Source: Trichoplax sp. H2 (taxonomy: Eukaryota). From it: a stretch of DNA of 64,000 nt. The DNA lies in the NCBI GenBank assembly GCA_003344405.1, contig NOWV01000023.1:186001-250000 (forward strand), in the 5' to 3' direction. Both the position numbers and the translations under genes were made by a program. The notes beneath the pieces were generated by a model. That model had not been told where the DNA came from. It did no database searches and worked only from the letters and a program-made list of their open reading frames with translations. Each line of letters begins with the position of its first letter. The stretch's first letter is position 1. Positions 43,001-56,445 of this stretch are shown one piece after another.

Positions 43001-46000
43001 CAAATTTAAATTAGATTCACAACCAATTCGCTTAAAAGTTTTCGATCTATCCGTGTCTGGAAATAACAAGAATCCTGCCAATAGTTGCTTTCCGGCAATT
43101 AATTTAGATGCTACAGTATCACTTGCACCACCACGAGGAATGCGCGGAGGAAGAATTTTGAGTGGTGGTAAAAACGAAAGGTAAGGATAAATATCAAAAA
43201 CAGATAGGTTAATAACCCTATTAAAGTCATTTGAAAATAGCTTTTTTTAAGACCATGGCAATTAAAAATAAATAACTATTTTACTAGCTTATTTTTGTTC
43301 ATAAACCATATCAAATCATGCATGTGGAGGATAATCAAGTTGATTTTCGCAGTTTTGATTACAAATCTTATACAAATCTAAATGGAATAACTACCATCTT
43401 TTGAGATAGCTCAAAGAGAGATGGATTAATTACTCGTATATCAAAAAATGTATTATATTTTATTTATATCAAAAATTTCCTTCTGAAGCGAAGGAACCAT
43501 GGCTTATATTGTACTATGAGAATCCAAACAATTTTTTTGTAGAGTTTATTTCTTATTTACTTAAAGATAATTTACCTTATGTTTTTTTCTTTTACTATTC
43601 TAATTAAAGGAAAAAAACACCATCTGATTCACTATCCTCATTCCATCAAAAAAGTGCTGGTCAATCACGTCAATTTTTACCAGGTTTGTAAATCTATACC
43701 CTAGAGTACAATAAAATGTAAATGTTGGCCATAAAATAAATGTAATCAAGTCGTGTATTATATTAAATATATACGAATCATCAATATGATGAATTATCTT
43801 CTCGCCGATTTCATGTAAAATCAAATTGCAAGCAGTTCAAAATGAAGTGCCTAAGCCATCATCTGTAAGTAAAGAAAAAGAAATTGCTTGGCTAATGAAA
43901 AATGTTTTCATTGGTTAATCATTGCCTTTCTGACCACTCTTTTTTCTCATCAACAGGCAATTGTATTACCAGCAATTCCAGATCGTGAAACTCAAGGAGT
44001 TGGCAATGAATCAAGGAGACCTCATATTGTCGATTTAGGTAATCATTTAATTGACTAGATAGCCAGTACATAGTATAAAACCTAGTTGATCAAGTGTGAG
44101 ATACATGCTATAACAACTATAATTGAATGGAGAATAATTTTTTTTATCTATTTTAAGATTATTTATCATCGAAAGATACGGAAACTTCTCAAACAAATCA
44201 AGAAACAAATGGCTGTGATGGAGACATTAGTACTACTTCAAAGTCCTATAGCGATAATCGCGTTGGAATCAACACCATCGATTGCACTCCAGTAGAATTA
44301 TCCAACACAGATAATAGCTTACAAGATAGTCCTCCTAGTCTTGAACGCCATCGCAGTAATCGACGTGGTCGTTTAAACCCTTTAAATCAAACTGATCAAG
44401 ATCATTCAGCTAATACGACACCACCAGAAATGATGGATGCCAGCTCATCAAGTTCATTAAGTTGGTCATTAAATGATTCTCCAGCTTCATTAGTGATAGA
44501 TTGTAGTGATGACCGAGAGGAAGCAACTCCACCTAGCAAGCCTGATGTAACTGATTTACTCAAGCTTAATCTATCTATGAGACCTAGAAATTTAAGTAGT
44601 ATCTCAGAAAGGAATGAATCAGATTCAGAGCGAATATCGTCAGGACTTAGTAAATCCAATTGCAAAGATGGTCAAAAGAAACCAGACAATAACAGAAATC
44701 AAATTCGTTACGAAAAGTTATCAACGACGGATAGTTCTGCAATTACATCAACTACAGAACATAGTGAAACAGATACTACATTACAATATGAGAGTAGCGA
44801 TGCCACAGTTACTACAGCGAATAAAATTAAAAGTAATCATGATATAATAGAGAGGAATGGAGTAATGATAACCGAAAATAAGGATTTACTCGTTGAAAAT
44901 AATACAACCATATCGAATCATGACCATAGTGTGAATGGCTTGACGTCAGATCCTTCTCGAAATGAACTAAATATTCCTCTTGATCCTTCAGCTAGGGTAC
45001 CATCTAAAAATAGTAATTCTAGCGAGAATACATCTGAATTACCTATTAATGGCTTTAATGGATTATCATCTCAACATTTATCACAAAATGGTAGTAAAAG
45101 AGGTAGTATGGACTCAGAATTTACTAGTCGCAGCTATAATTCGTCATCAGTAACAGGTTATAAAGGTTCATCAGAAACATCCAACGATAGTATTGATGAT
45201 AGTAATTACAAGACACGTTCAAGCCTTTCCAAAGTAACAAAACAACGTGTTCGAAAAGCTCCATTTCCTCTTCATCGTGAGGATAGCTTTGCAGACGATG
45301 AAATGAGTAATTATACATCAGGACAAAGTCGACGGACAAGCGAACTAAGTTGCATATCACAAGAAGCTATCGATGATTTAACAAGATCCGGAGCAAAATC
45401 GGTAGCTGCTCAAATTGAAAATTTAAGCAAGAGTAATTTGCCAGTAATCCATACTGTACTAGATTCCGGTAGCCATCGTCTCTCCATTTGCAGTAGTTTT
45501 AACGGTATATCAAGCGATATTGATGACCCCGATGCCCAGCGAATTAGTTGGAAAAAGGGTCAAATTTTAGGAAAAGGAGGATTTGGCGTGGTAATGCTTT
45601 GAATATTATACCCATGTAGAAGTATAATTAATTATACTTGCTCAGTCATTTTTATTGTAGAATTTTAAATTTATAATATTTTAAATTAGATATTGGTTTT
45701 TAACTCAATAACTAAATTTTGTAGCAGTGTTAATCATTTTTATTACTTGACAGTATCATCTTACAATACTTAATTAATATTATAGGTGGTTTGCGGTCTT
45801 ACTAATGATGGTCAACAGATTGCAGTGAAGCAGGTTTCATTAGATGATAAAGATATCGATAGCGCCGTGAAAGTATATGAAAATCTACGACATGAAATTA
45901 AAATGCTAAAAAATTTACGTCATCATAATATTGTGCAGTAAGTAAATGTGAAACAATAACATAGTCGTTAGCCTTGTTTTATTCAATTTACCATATAGAA

Positions 46001-47499
46001 TCCACAATGTCAGTATTAATTTTTCATTAATTATATTATCTCTCAATCACTCAGTTATCTAGGTATGGCTTTAGAAAATGATACGGTCAATATATTTATG
46101 GAGTTGGTAACAGGAGGCACAATTGCGAATGTTATAAAGAAGTAAGTAGAAAAGCTTATAATGATAAAATAACTCATAGTATGCGATAATTTTATAACAT
46201 ATATATGCGTATTTGCTCGCATAATACTGTAATAATCATTTTCTGTATAACTATCGATAACTAGTTTTGGACCATTGGATGAGAAAATTTTTAGTCGATA
46301 CACAATGCAAATCCTCCAAGGTTTAAAATATGTTCACGATAGAAACATTATTCACAGGTAAGATTAATCGGATATTGAAGACACTAAGATATATCCAGTT
46401 TTAATTTAGATATTTCATAATACTTTACTAAAATCCATTATTAAAGCTCATATCAAAAACTATCTTTTTTTTTGAGTTTGCTGCGGTAATAGTTAGAACT
46501 TGATCATATTATAAATGTCAATCTCCGTAGGGATATTAAAGGCAGCAATGTCATGTTAATGCCTTCTGGTGTTATCAAATTGATCGATTTTGGCTGTTCT
46601 AAAGTAATGCAAAAGACTTATGTATGTATACCAAATCCAATAATAAATCAATAAAGGATTCAAAAAGTGTTAAATATTCCTTGGTAACCTCCATTTTCTC
46701 ATTTAGGCTGACTCTCACAGTAATAACAACAATACTGGAAGTCCAAATAATTCCGTGGGTGCAAGTTCCATTAAAGGTACTCCGTATTGGATGGCTCCAG
46801 AAGTAGTCAAGCAAAGTGTGTGCGGCTGCGAATCTGATATATGGTAAAGCATGGTGTAATTATGCTTCATTTTTGTGAATAAACCTCTTTGTTATAACTT
46901 AACATTCCAAAAGAATCGCTGTAAAAGTGTTAATATTACCGTACCAATTTAATGATTAGGAGTACCGGTTGCACAGTCTTTGAAATGGCTACAGGAAAAC
47001 CACCTTGGTATTTTAAAATTATTAGCTATATATAAAAATATGAAGTGTCAATTATAGAAGCCTTAAAACTTGTTTGAGTAAGCCTAAACCTTGTTATTAT
47101 TCTATGTGTAGGGCTGAATTTAATAAATTAGCGGCACTATATAAGATTGGTTCCGATACTGAGCCTCCACAATTGTCTACTGATTTATTTTCAGAAGATT
47201 GCGTCAATTTTGTAAAATCTTGTTTAACAAGGTGATCTAGAGCATAAGAAATAATATAATATTTGTTACCACTTTCTACTGACGCCAATAAATAAATTGC
47301 TAAAGTTTACACAAACGAAAAGGATTAAGCCACCACTGGTTTATTCTAACTTACTGTAATAAATTAGAGTTTTTATTTAACTTGCTATATCTTATTATTT
47401 CAAAGGAGCTTAACTTTCTCTTCTCCTATTTGTAATAGAGATCCAAAAGCAAGACCAAGTGCTACGCAGCTTCTTCGATTACCATTCGTAGTACTGTAA
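37034..47499 (+). CDS. MAP3K19: Ankyrin-repeat-containing MAP3K19 (YSK4)-like STE11-family kinase; multi-exon
   Basis: N-terminal ankyrin exons (FFEAVK|NGDLERVK, GNTPIMYAV, GCTPLLL, GYTPLHHAA, YSPLHHASKSGH, GETPLHLS, GLTPVDVA), long Ser/Asn-rich linker, then kinase WKKGQILGKGGFG, CGLTNDGQQIAVKQV, IFMELVTGG, FGPLDE, HR|DIKGSNVMLMPSGVIKLIDFGC, GTPYWMAPE, GCTVFEMATGKPP; stop TAA at 47497-47499. The CGLT..GQ.IAVKQV and NVMLMP.G.IKLIDFGC strings match MAP3K19 as I recall it. Confidence 0.88.
39450..39700. repeat. Degenerate intronic duplication, period about 122 bp
   Basis: TGAGTCACCAAT at 39516 and 39638, each followed by ATAGTAAAA and AAATCACTC. Confidence 0.7.
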
Positions 47500-50400
47500 T
47501 TAAATATCTGTTTACAATCAGATAACTAGTGCCAGCACTCTAAACGATAAATTTGCTCGACCATTTTTTATTCATGGAATATTTTGTAAACATAGCTTAT
47601 GATTTCTAAGTCTGTTTACTAGCTTTATTATCTCTTCGAGATAAGAGAACTACAATACGATCAATATTCAACAAATAGGGAATTACTCGTCGAATATTTG
47701 ATTGATTCTAGTTACAAACGCAAGATACTTTTTAACAATTACCGAATATGTTTAAGTAAATGTCTATTATTTCATCTCCCATTAGTTTTCACCCATCTTT
47801 AATTTGCTAAAGACAAAATTTTTTGTAAATCTATGATACATATAATTTTACAGCTTATATAAGTTCGTTACATCTGTCTGAATTCTAACTTACAATATAT
47901 GGAATTTATGTTTTATTACAATTTCCTTGACTGAAGATTACTTCAGGCAGTGTTTGTTAACATTTGGGTTGATAGGAGATTATTGTAGTATACTTTTAAG
48001 GCTGCAAGTACAGAAAATACTGTACTCTCTTTAAACCTTTTAATTTGTCGCATTGATTTGCCGAAGGCAATTGTATTACCGATAAATAATGATCAATGAT
48101 GTTCCTAAAAGAATATTTCAACTGATTGACTTTTGATCTATAAATTAAATTATAGTGTATGATAAACTCGTGTATGTACGGTATAAGCGCAAGTATTTTT
48201 AATTTATATATTCTACGCTTGACACTAAATCTTACAGGTATGGAGTGTAAGATATCTATCCAAGTGCTCTTAAGTCTTCACATTTGGGCATGTTTAATTT
48301 TGACTGCAATAAATAGTTCAAATTTTGATCTAAGAATCTTCAAATACTCACAAAGTGTAGTAAGTAAGTTTATTTAGAATACTATCGTGCTTTTTTATAC
48401 TCTATGTAATCGTATCATTGGTTTTAATGGGTGATTTGACCAATCTTTTTTTACTTCAAACTTATCGTTTTCTATCTACTATATTTGAAAGATAAATGTA
48501 CAATTTCTATTACGATGAGCAATTAGCAACCCTGTTTTATCATTTACTCGATCTTCAACTTTTATTTTGATTCAAGACTGTAATTAGATCCTTTTTTTGC
48601 ATGTTTAATTGATGCAACTGTTTCCCTTTTGTTATGTATATATATGCATGCTAACAAAGCTGATATTGTCATCGACTTGTTTTTTTAAGTATATTTGTTA
48701 TTCTATTGAGAATAAAATTTACTCGATAAAAAAGATCTATGTTAGTTTATTTATCATTAATAGTCATTAAACTTATTATTAGCTAATGGTAACTTACACA
48801 ATGACTTTAACCTTAGACAATGAATTAATTTATCACTGAAAAAAATAATCATAATTCTAAGTTAGACTTTTAGAATAGCTACTGATAACATATCACACCT
48901 TCTTTATATTAATAAATTACTTTCCTTTACGTGGTGTGATATCCAATTATGGTGGAGCACTGAAATAAAATTTAAACTAAAACATAGTCAACAAATAAAG
49001 AATTTTGATCCTACATTTAGCGTAGCTTCTCAATCTCGGTAATGAAAATATAAATCTAATATCGAATTTAATATTTTAGTATCAAATCGTTATAAATAAA
49101 GAATATTTCTTATATGTGATATGATTGAATACTTTACAATTCAATTCTTGATTTCATATCCTTATATGAATGAAGTATTACGGTATTAAGTATATTAGCT
49201 ATGTTAGCTTAACTTAGCAGATCTTCTTAATTTATGACTTAATGATTGTACTAACAGAAATACTACAGTTTAATTGACTAATCAGCAGATTAATAGTAGT
49301 ATCAGAAATGAGGATAAACTAATTCAGTTTCACTGATCTGTTATCCTATACTATCTTAGCCTAAATACTCGTAGGCCTTACAAGGTAGCAAAAGCCGGAA
49401 CTAAACTTAAAAGTGGAGTGTAATATAATACTACTGCAGTAAGAAACACTTTAAAGAACTTGAAAGACTATGAAATGGTCGTAGATTGAAGAAGTAATAT
49501 ACAGTATATGGAAAATGGCTAATTAAATTAGCCTGATATCTCAATGTATGATCAAGGTAGCATTAATAGATATGATCTGATAAAGCAGTTTAAGTTAAAA
49601 ATGAGATTATGTGCACTACGTCGATTCGAATCAATTTTAGCGAATTAGGCATCTTTTCAATACTAGTTTCATTAACTGCTAAATTAGTTTTGACTTATCG
49701 ATAATGAAGATTTATTAGATTTGTCCGTATAGCTTGATGTTGAATGTCAAATACATAAGGAATAAAAGATTATTCAATATTGCTATCTGGTCTATCAAAC
49801 CGTAAAAGAAATGCTATGCATTTCGATATTATAATTCTATACTCTTGCCTGTAATTAGAAAAGTATCTTAATTCTTGATGCGATATTGAAACTGGATAAA
49901 TCACTAGCAAAATTGGTACCCATCTAATGGTGTGATCATCAAAAATGGTAAAATTGGTTTTGGACAAATTTAATTCTCCAAATATGGCTTATGTACATAA
50001 TTATTCCGTTTCAGATTATGATGCAATTCATTTTTTAATGGCAAAAAAGATTGACAGTTTTGTCCTAAGTACATGCTGAAATAATGTGTAAAAATGAGGT
50101 TAAGAAATTAGATATCCATGCTAAGATGATAACAATTACTTTAGCTCTCCAATTGTCAAACTCATTTTGTAACGGTAAGGCGATAGTAAACACTGAAATC
50201 GATCAAATTTGTTATAACGTCAAATTTAACAATATTTGAAGAGCATAAAAGTAAACAGTACCTAAATATTATTATATCATTTAATAAAAATATCTATAAG
50301 TATTGGCGTAGGATTTTCTTTGTAATCCAATTCATCATAGCAACTATGAAATGTAGCCAAATTCAAATTTTTCTATACTTATGCTTTGATAATTCGTGTA

Positions 50401-52111
50401 ACCAAAGGAAAAAATTAGATCATTTTGATTGTTGCCTAGACGAAAATGAAACTAACCGTTGTCATAGAGACTAACCTATGGCAAAGGGAGCGAAATATAA
50501 AGAGGTGGGAAAGATATTCATTAACAAACCTATCTACTTCATCGCATTTGATAAACAATTACAATCAATAAATGAAAATAGTTGAGGAATATGGAGGACA
50601 TTTGGTAAAATCAGGAGAAGCGATTAGGTTGTATTAGTAAAACGATATACGAATCGCATATTGGCTGTGGTAAAAATTAGAATAGTATTTTAGGTGAAAT
50701 AATAAGCATCATTGGTTTATGTGAAGGTTGTAGCATGGGAAAAAGATGGCCCTGTAAAGTAACTAACTGATATTTTATACCCTGTGGTTAGAGTGATAAT
50801 ACAGTACTTGTAAAATACAAAGTATCACTTGTCACAACATCAGGAAATAGTTTGGAAAATTGTAAACAAATTACAAATTATGGTTAACACGAGATCCATC
50901 AATATAGCTTGAATAATGTTATCTGTTTACTTTTTTCTCCTAGCTCCCTCTTGACGATAGTATAGACTATTACAATGTCATACATAAAATCAATTTTTAA
51001 ATGAAATGTTGAAGGTTTCTGAACAGTTGCTAGATGGATTGCGATAGCGATTGTAAATATGAGAGTAATATGGAATAACAATGTGTCTAGCTTAAATGAA
51101 TACCTTATTATCTATTTTCCAAAGGTAACTGCCATCAAGCGTGTTGTTACTTCTTTACAATTGAATGTATTATTAATAAATCATACATATTTAAAAGCCT
51201 TATTTGCAAATTGAAGCCATCTCATACGCTGTGATACTCCACTTGAGTGTCGATCATACGCAAGAAATGAAATTTTTCAAAGCTATCGTTATTCCATAAT
51301 AATTTCTTATTAGCAATTACCAGCTTGACTGAGTTTAGGCAATATTGATCGTCAGAATAGAGCTATTTTAGCGGTGGAATTTGTCAAGGTAGTGATAAAC
51401 TAATTTAAACGAGGGTACACGCATTGTTTACGAGATTGGAATAGAAAATAGTTGCAAGATTTCATTAGGTAATAGGCATAGACAAGTTATCGAGAGGTTC
51501 AATAGGTAAGTCATGATCCATTTTTAGTAGAATCTTGTACATCGATCGATGTCATTATTATTAATTATCCCTTATTTTTTTCCTTTTGGAGTGGGGGGGG
51601 GGGACGGTCAAGTAACTTTTCATTTTAGTATTATTCCTTGGTTAAAGAAGTGCACTATACATGACCTGTAAATCATATCATTTCCACTCCCCAAAATGAT
51701 TCATTGTAATTGCTGATCTGTTAGTCATGATTATAATACAGTTTAAGGAGATCACGTTTACGCATTTGCTCTATTAATCATTGATAATAGAAAGAGGAAT
51801 TCCTCAAAGTCGGTTATTCGTTATTTCTCTCTCTCTCTTGATTATTCTCAAGGGTACCTATTTCAAGAATATAAGAGGATGAAGAAAATAGAAATGCTAT
51901 AGTTGAATTCAAGTCCAGTCCAAAACTGCTTTCAATTCATTTCGATCGTTTTATCATTCCTTATACCTTGCCATGGTCTTCCTGTCGGAGGAAATTCTAT
52001 TTTTTATTGATCAAGACTGCTAAAAATATGCCCTATGTCTGCTTTACTATTATACCGTATACTTGAATACAGTACAGTAGACTACTGTCTATCCTATGGT
52101 ACAATAAGTAA

Positions 52112-52412
52112 TCCTATTTCGCTATTTCCTTCATATACTGTAGTCCACTGTATCCATGGATCAATTATTCTGCATGTGGAGCTAAATATAAACCGGTTCA
52201 AGCAAATAATGGTCCTATTTCGCTATTTCCTTCATATACTGTAGTCCACTGTATCCATGCATCAATTATTCTGCCAGTGGAGCTAAATATAAACCGGTTC
52301 AAGTAAATAATGGTCCTATTTCGCTATTTCCTTCATATACTGTAGTCCACTGTATCCATGGATCAATTATTCTACCAGTGGAGCTAAATATCAACCAGTT
52401 CAAGCAAATTAT
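52112..52412. repeat. Tandem repeat, 3 copies of 101 bp
   Basis: Unit TCCTATTTCGCTATTTCCTTCATATACTGTAGTCCACTG...AAACCGGTTCAAGCAAATAATGG starts at 52112, 52213 and 52314. Confidence 0.97.
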
Positions 52413-52579
52413 GATAATAAAATTCCAATTCATTTCCCTCGTCTACAATCGACGTCCAAAGTAGAGTCTTGCTACAGCGAGAAGAAACTCGATTGATCAG
52501 ACGAGTTACCGCAGCGTGACGTAGAGAATGGGTTACGTCACAACAGTATAACGCTTGACTGAGTCCATCCGCTCATCCA

Positions 52580-52830
52580 GTCCAGTACTCAGTACTCTAT
52601 ACTGTAGTGCGACAGTGTACTTCACACTGTACACTGTAGAAGAGACTTTCTAACCCTAGTGTACAGTGTACAGTGTACAGTACATGTTTTTTCTGTATTC
52701 TACAGTACAGTACAGTACTGTACTGTACACAGTGAGGGTGTCTCATAAAAAATCTACAGTACGACGAATGAAGTTATACAGTATTTACAGTACTGTACAC
52801 TGTATGCTACAGAGCAAAGTACTGTAGTTA
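52580..52830. repeat. ACTGT/ACAGT-rich cluster inside a GC-richer, promoter-like island
   Basis: GTGTACAGTGTACAGTGTACAGTAC, TACAGTACAGTACAGTACTGTACTGTAC and similar strings; CRE half-sites TGACG at about 52517 and CGTCA at about 52536. Confidence 0.8.
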
Positions 52831-55222
52831 AAAGTGGTCAACTGCGGACTGTAGCTCGTCTCCATGATTCCTCTTAGTTACAGATGAAAGAGATTTGTTT
52901 TAAAATTGTTGTAGTCTCTCCAAGTTAGTTTCCTTCCGCCAAAGCTTGGCAGTTCCTCCTTCAAAGCTCAAAATCGGTAAGAAGAATTGATTGATTATTT
53001 GTTTATTCTTTGCAACGATTTAAAATAAAAGATAGAGAACTTGCAGTAATCTTTCGTTTGATTGATATGTCGTCCACTTCTTCAATAATGCCAAGAATGA
53101 TTCATCATCAACACAATGATTTCATCTTGATGTCGAGTTTTTTAAACAGCCATGGATATCCTCAGTAATGTGTAGTTTACACACCTATCCGATAAATAGA
53201 AATATCAAACAAATAACATTGATAAAAGTCCTTCTTTCGCCACCACTTTACCCGTACTATACTATCTACAAGTAGATGAGTGAAATGATATACTACCCGA
53301 TTTCCAATCAATAAAGGCATCGGCTTCCCCAGCTGTCAATCGATCCACGTAGCGACCAAAGTGGTTCAATTATTTCATTCTTACGCCGTAATCGTTGGCA
53401 AATTTATCATTCTTCACCTATTCATTTATACAGTAGAGAGAAATTGTACCTTCAAATGGAGACCATGCTCTGCCTGATTTTTTCCCCAAAACCTTGAGTA
53501 TGATTGGATCGGATCATTCTTTGACGACCATTTGCTGCATTTACCTATCCATATCAACTACAATCAGTTAATAAATAGAAAGATAATCAGTTTTTAAAAA
53601 CTTCCCGTAGTAAACCTTACGGATCGACAGACACCTTGTTGACATATAATAAACGCACTAAATTAGCAAACTCCGGGGGGGGGGGAGGAGGGCTGAGTAA
53701 GGAAAGTCGAAACGATTGCATGAAAGATAATTTCAGTCGCAATTCCACACCAATTTTTATTGGTGTGGTATTCACAGGGCCATCAACACAATTCGCTTTG
53801 GATTTACTTTTGCCGTCTTATTATTTGTAGTCCTTTTTTTTTATTTGTTGTTGATTACCGACAAGTTCAAGTTAAATGTCCGTAGACAATTGTATTGTCA
53901 TGCTTTGTCTGCAGAGTATATACATTCGCCACCTTGTAGAGATCGCCTACGGTTTCCAGTTACTTCTTTCTATTTACTTCAATATCAATCGATCTATCCA
54001 TTCAAAAATAGGTAGAGAGTTTTGAGCTATCTTCACACTGCTAAAACATTGACAAATTCAATTGGTGCCAATTGCTACTGAACTAAGAATGATTGATTTT
54101 CATTGACGTATATCCAAGCAGTATGCTATCCATAACCTATGTAATATATTGGTCGGTTTGATAAGCGTATATCAATGTGTGCAAATATTCTACAGCATTC
54201 TTTTATCGGCAAATCTTCCATAGTTCAATATCGACAATATGTACGTAAAATGGCAATACAACGTTAATAATGCCAAGATGATTAGCAGAAAATTGATCGT
54301 TACTGTACACCTTGATTTACCAAATACTATCTTGTCGATCGTCAGAGGTCTATCCGATCAATAAGTTGCGTTGCTCTTTCAATGTTACCCTTTGAAAGAT
54401 ATCAAAGTTGAATTTTTCTACTTAGTTGCACGCTAATTCATTATTAGTGATCATAATCAAGACTAATTCATTTTGACTTGATCGTCAATTTTGAATTTTT
54501 TTCACTTTTATGAACTGATTCAAACTTTCATTTTTTAACTCCAACTTTTCTCATGTACGGTCGGTCCTGTGATCGTCAATTGGTCATGATGGTCATGTAA
54601 ATTAGTCCTACATGGCATGATACAAGGAAACAGCCATAATATGTATTAATTCTATCTACTGCAGTGCAATCATGTTGACTACTGTCTATGTTTGTCATGA
54701 TAATGCTCCAATGGATTCACAAATTACTACCTAGTCGTCTAGCAGTTATCTGCAGTGACCTAATTTAAAATTAAAAGCGATTGGTAAGATACCAAATTAT
54801 AATTGTCTGTATTAGAATAGCAGAGGAAGGAGAAAATAAAAAATTGCTCCGTCAAGAATAAATTGAATTGTTTAGCTATTTTTTAATTGGTATTGATCAA
54901 TATGTATCCATAGTTTCAAGTCTTAGTTGTCCAACGCATTTATGCTGTTCGCGTTTGCTTGACAAATGTGAAATATGCGCAAGATAAAGGACATTCATTG
55001 TAGCAATATGTATGATTTTGATGATCGTCCATTGTTGAAATGCATATTTTCAAATAAAATTGGACAATTTCCCATTTATATATATACATTACCCTTTCAA
55101 AATGATTTACTTGTTATGTCTATTCTAATTTCTATATCGGTCATTACGACGTATCTTGGACAACGATGCATTCTCTATCAACTGTGTCCATCATCATAGC
55201 GACAAAGAAAGATTTGATTCTG

Positions 55223-55540
55223 TTATTCAAGGAAGCTTAAAGAAAGAAATACATTTGGTAATAAAGAAACTTGACTATTGTCAATTCGGATAAAAAACAC
55301 TTCTTCTTTTCTATGCCGATCATTTTTCTCAAATCATTCCAACTCAAGTTCAAACTGGTAAGACTTTTCATGCAATTTCTCTTGAAATTTTCAATCTATA
55401 AAGTAAGGATTTGATTCACTCATGCTGTACTGTATATTGACATTACGATATTCATATCAAGTTGAACAAGAGTTGAATGAAAGTAGTGTTAAACGATCTT
55501 TTCAGTCTGATTCCTTTCCAAAAGTCATTCATGTTAGTAC
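55223..55540 (-). pseudogene. Possible decayed TIR-domain-like coding remnant
   Basis: With frameshifts and stops, the minus strand reads HE/DFWKGI ... ISR/NCMKS/YQFELELE*FEKNDRHRKEEVFFIRIDNSQVSLLPNVFLSLSFLE*, reminiscent of the TIR consensus HxRDFxxG...SxNFxxSxWCxFEL...I.LD...LP...YLEW. Recognised by eye only. Confidence 0.3.
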
Positions 55541-56445
55541 TGTGGTTTGATTTAGAATTCAAAAAGTCAGTGGCAGCACCAAAATTGCTCCACCAAGTCA
55601 TCAATGATTCAGTTAACCTTTCAGTCTTTCTTGACCTATCTTCTTTGAAATTTATTCTGCATGTATCCATCCTTTATAATTAGTGCCATAAGTCAATACT
55701 GATTCCTTTCCGTGCTTATTTCATGGTAGTATAGTAGTTGGAAATCAGGATAGAAAGTCAGTAGCAGCATCCAAATTGATCCACTAACTCATCCATGACT
55801 CAACATTCGGTTAGCCTTTGCCTTTCTTCAACTATCTTCTTTCTATCTATTCTGTATGCATTTATCCTCTATGATGCTTGAAATTGAAAGTTAGTGCCAT
55901 AAGTCAATACTTATTCCTTACCATACGTACGCATTTCATGGTAGAAATTTGATTTAGGATAAAGAGTCGATCTAACGTTAGCACCAACATTGATCGGCTA
56001 AATCATCGATGATTCAATCGTTCACTTAACCTTTAGCTTTCTTCAACTATCTTAATTTGTATCTATTCTGTATGTATTCATCCTTTTATGATGCTTTAAA
56101 TTGAACTTTAAAATTAGTGGCGGCATAAGTCAATAGTTTATTCCAGTCCATACGTATTTCATGATCGTAGTTTAAATCAGGATAAAGAGCTGATGGCAGA
56201 ACTTAAAATGGTTGCACTAAATTATCGATGATTCAACATTCGGTTAACCTTTGCCTTTCTTCAACTATCTTCATTTACGCGTATCTCATCAACAATCTAT
56301 TCTGTACGTCTTCATCTTTTATAATCCTTTAAATCTCGATTTAAAGTTAGTGTCGTAAGTCAATACGAGTCCATTCTGTACGTCTTCATCCTTTATACTC
56401 CATTTAAATTAAGATTGAAAGTTAGTATGATGAGTCAATACGAGT
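55507..56445. repeat. Diverged tandem repeat, about 4-5 copies of a roughly 175-235 bp unit
   Basis: Anchors TTAGTG(C/G/T)..TAAGTCAATA at about 55680, 55891, 56114 and 56348, and CCTTT.(G)CYTTTCTTCAACTATCTT at about 55816, 56030 and 56248. Confidence 0.85.

Noticed and set aside
51593..53687. Poly-G runs at about 51593-51603 and 53675-53686
   Set aside because: Simple homopolymers with no further supporting structure.
55325..55375. LRR-like string MKSLTSLNLSWNDL in an alternative minus-strand frame
   Set aside because: Single isolated motif with no neighbouring LRRs; it overlaps the TIR-like frame, so at most one reading is real.
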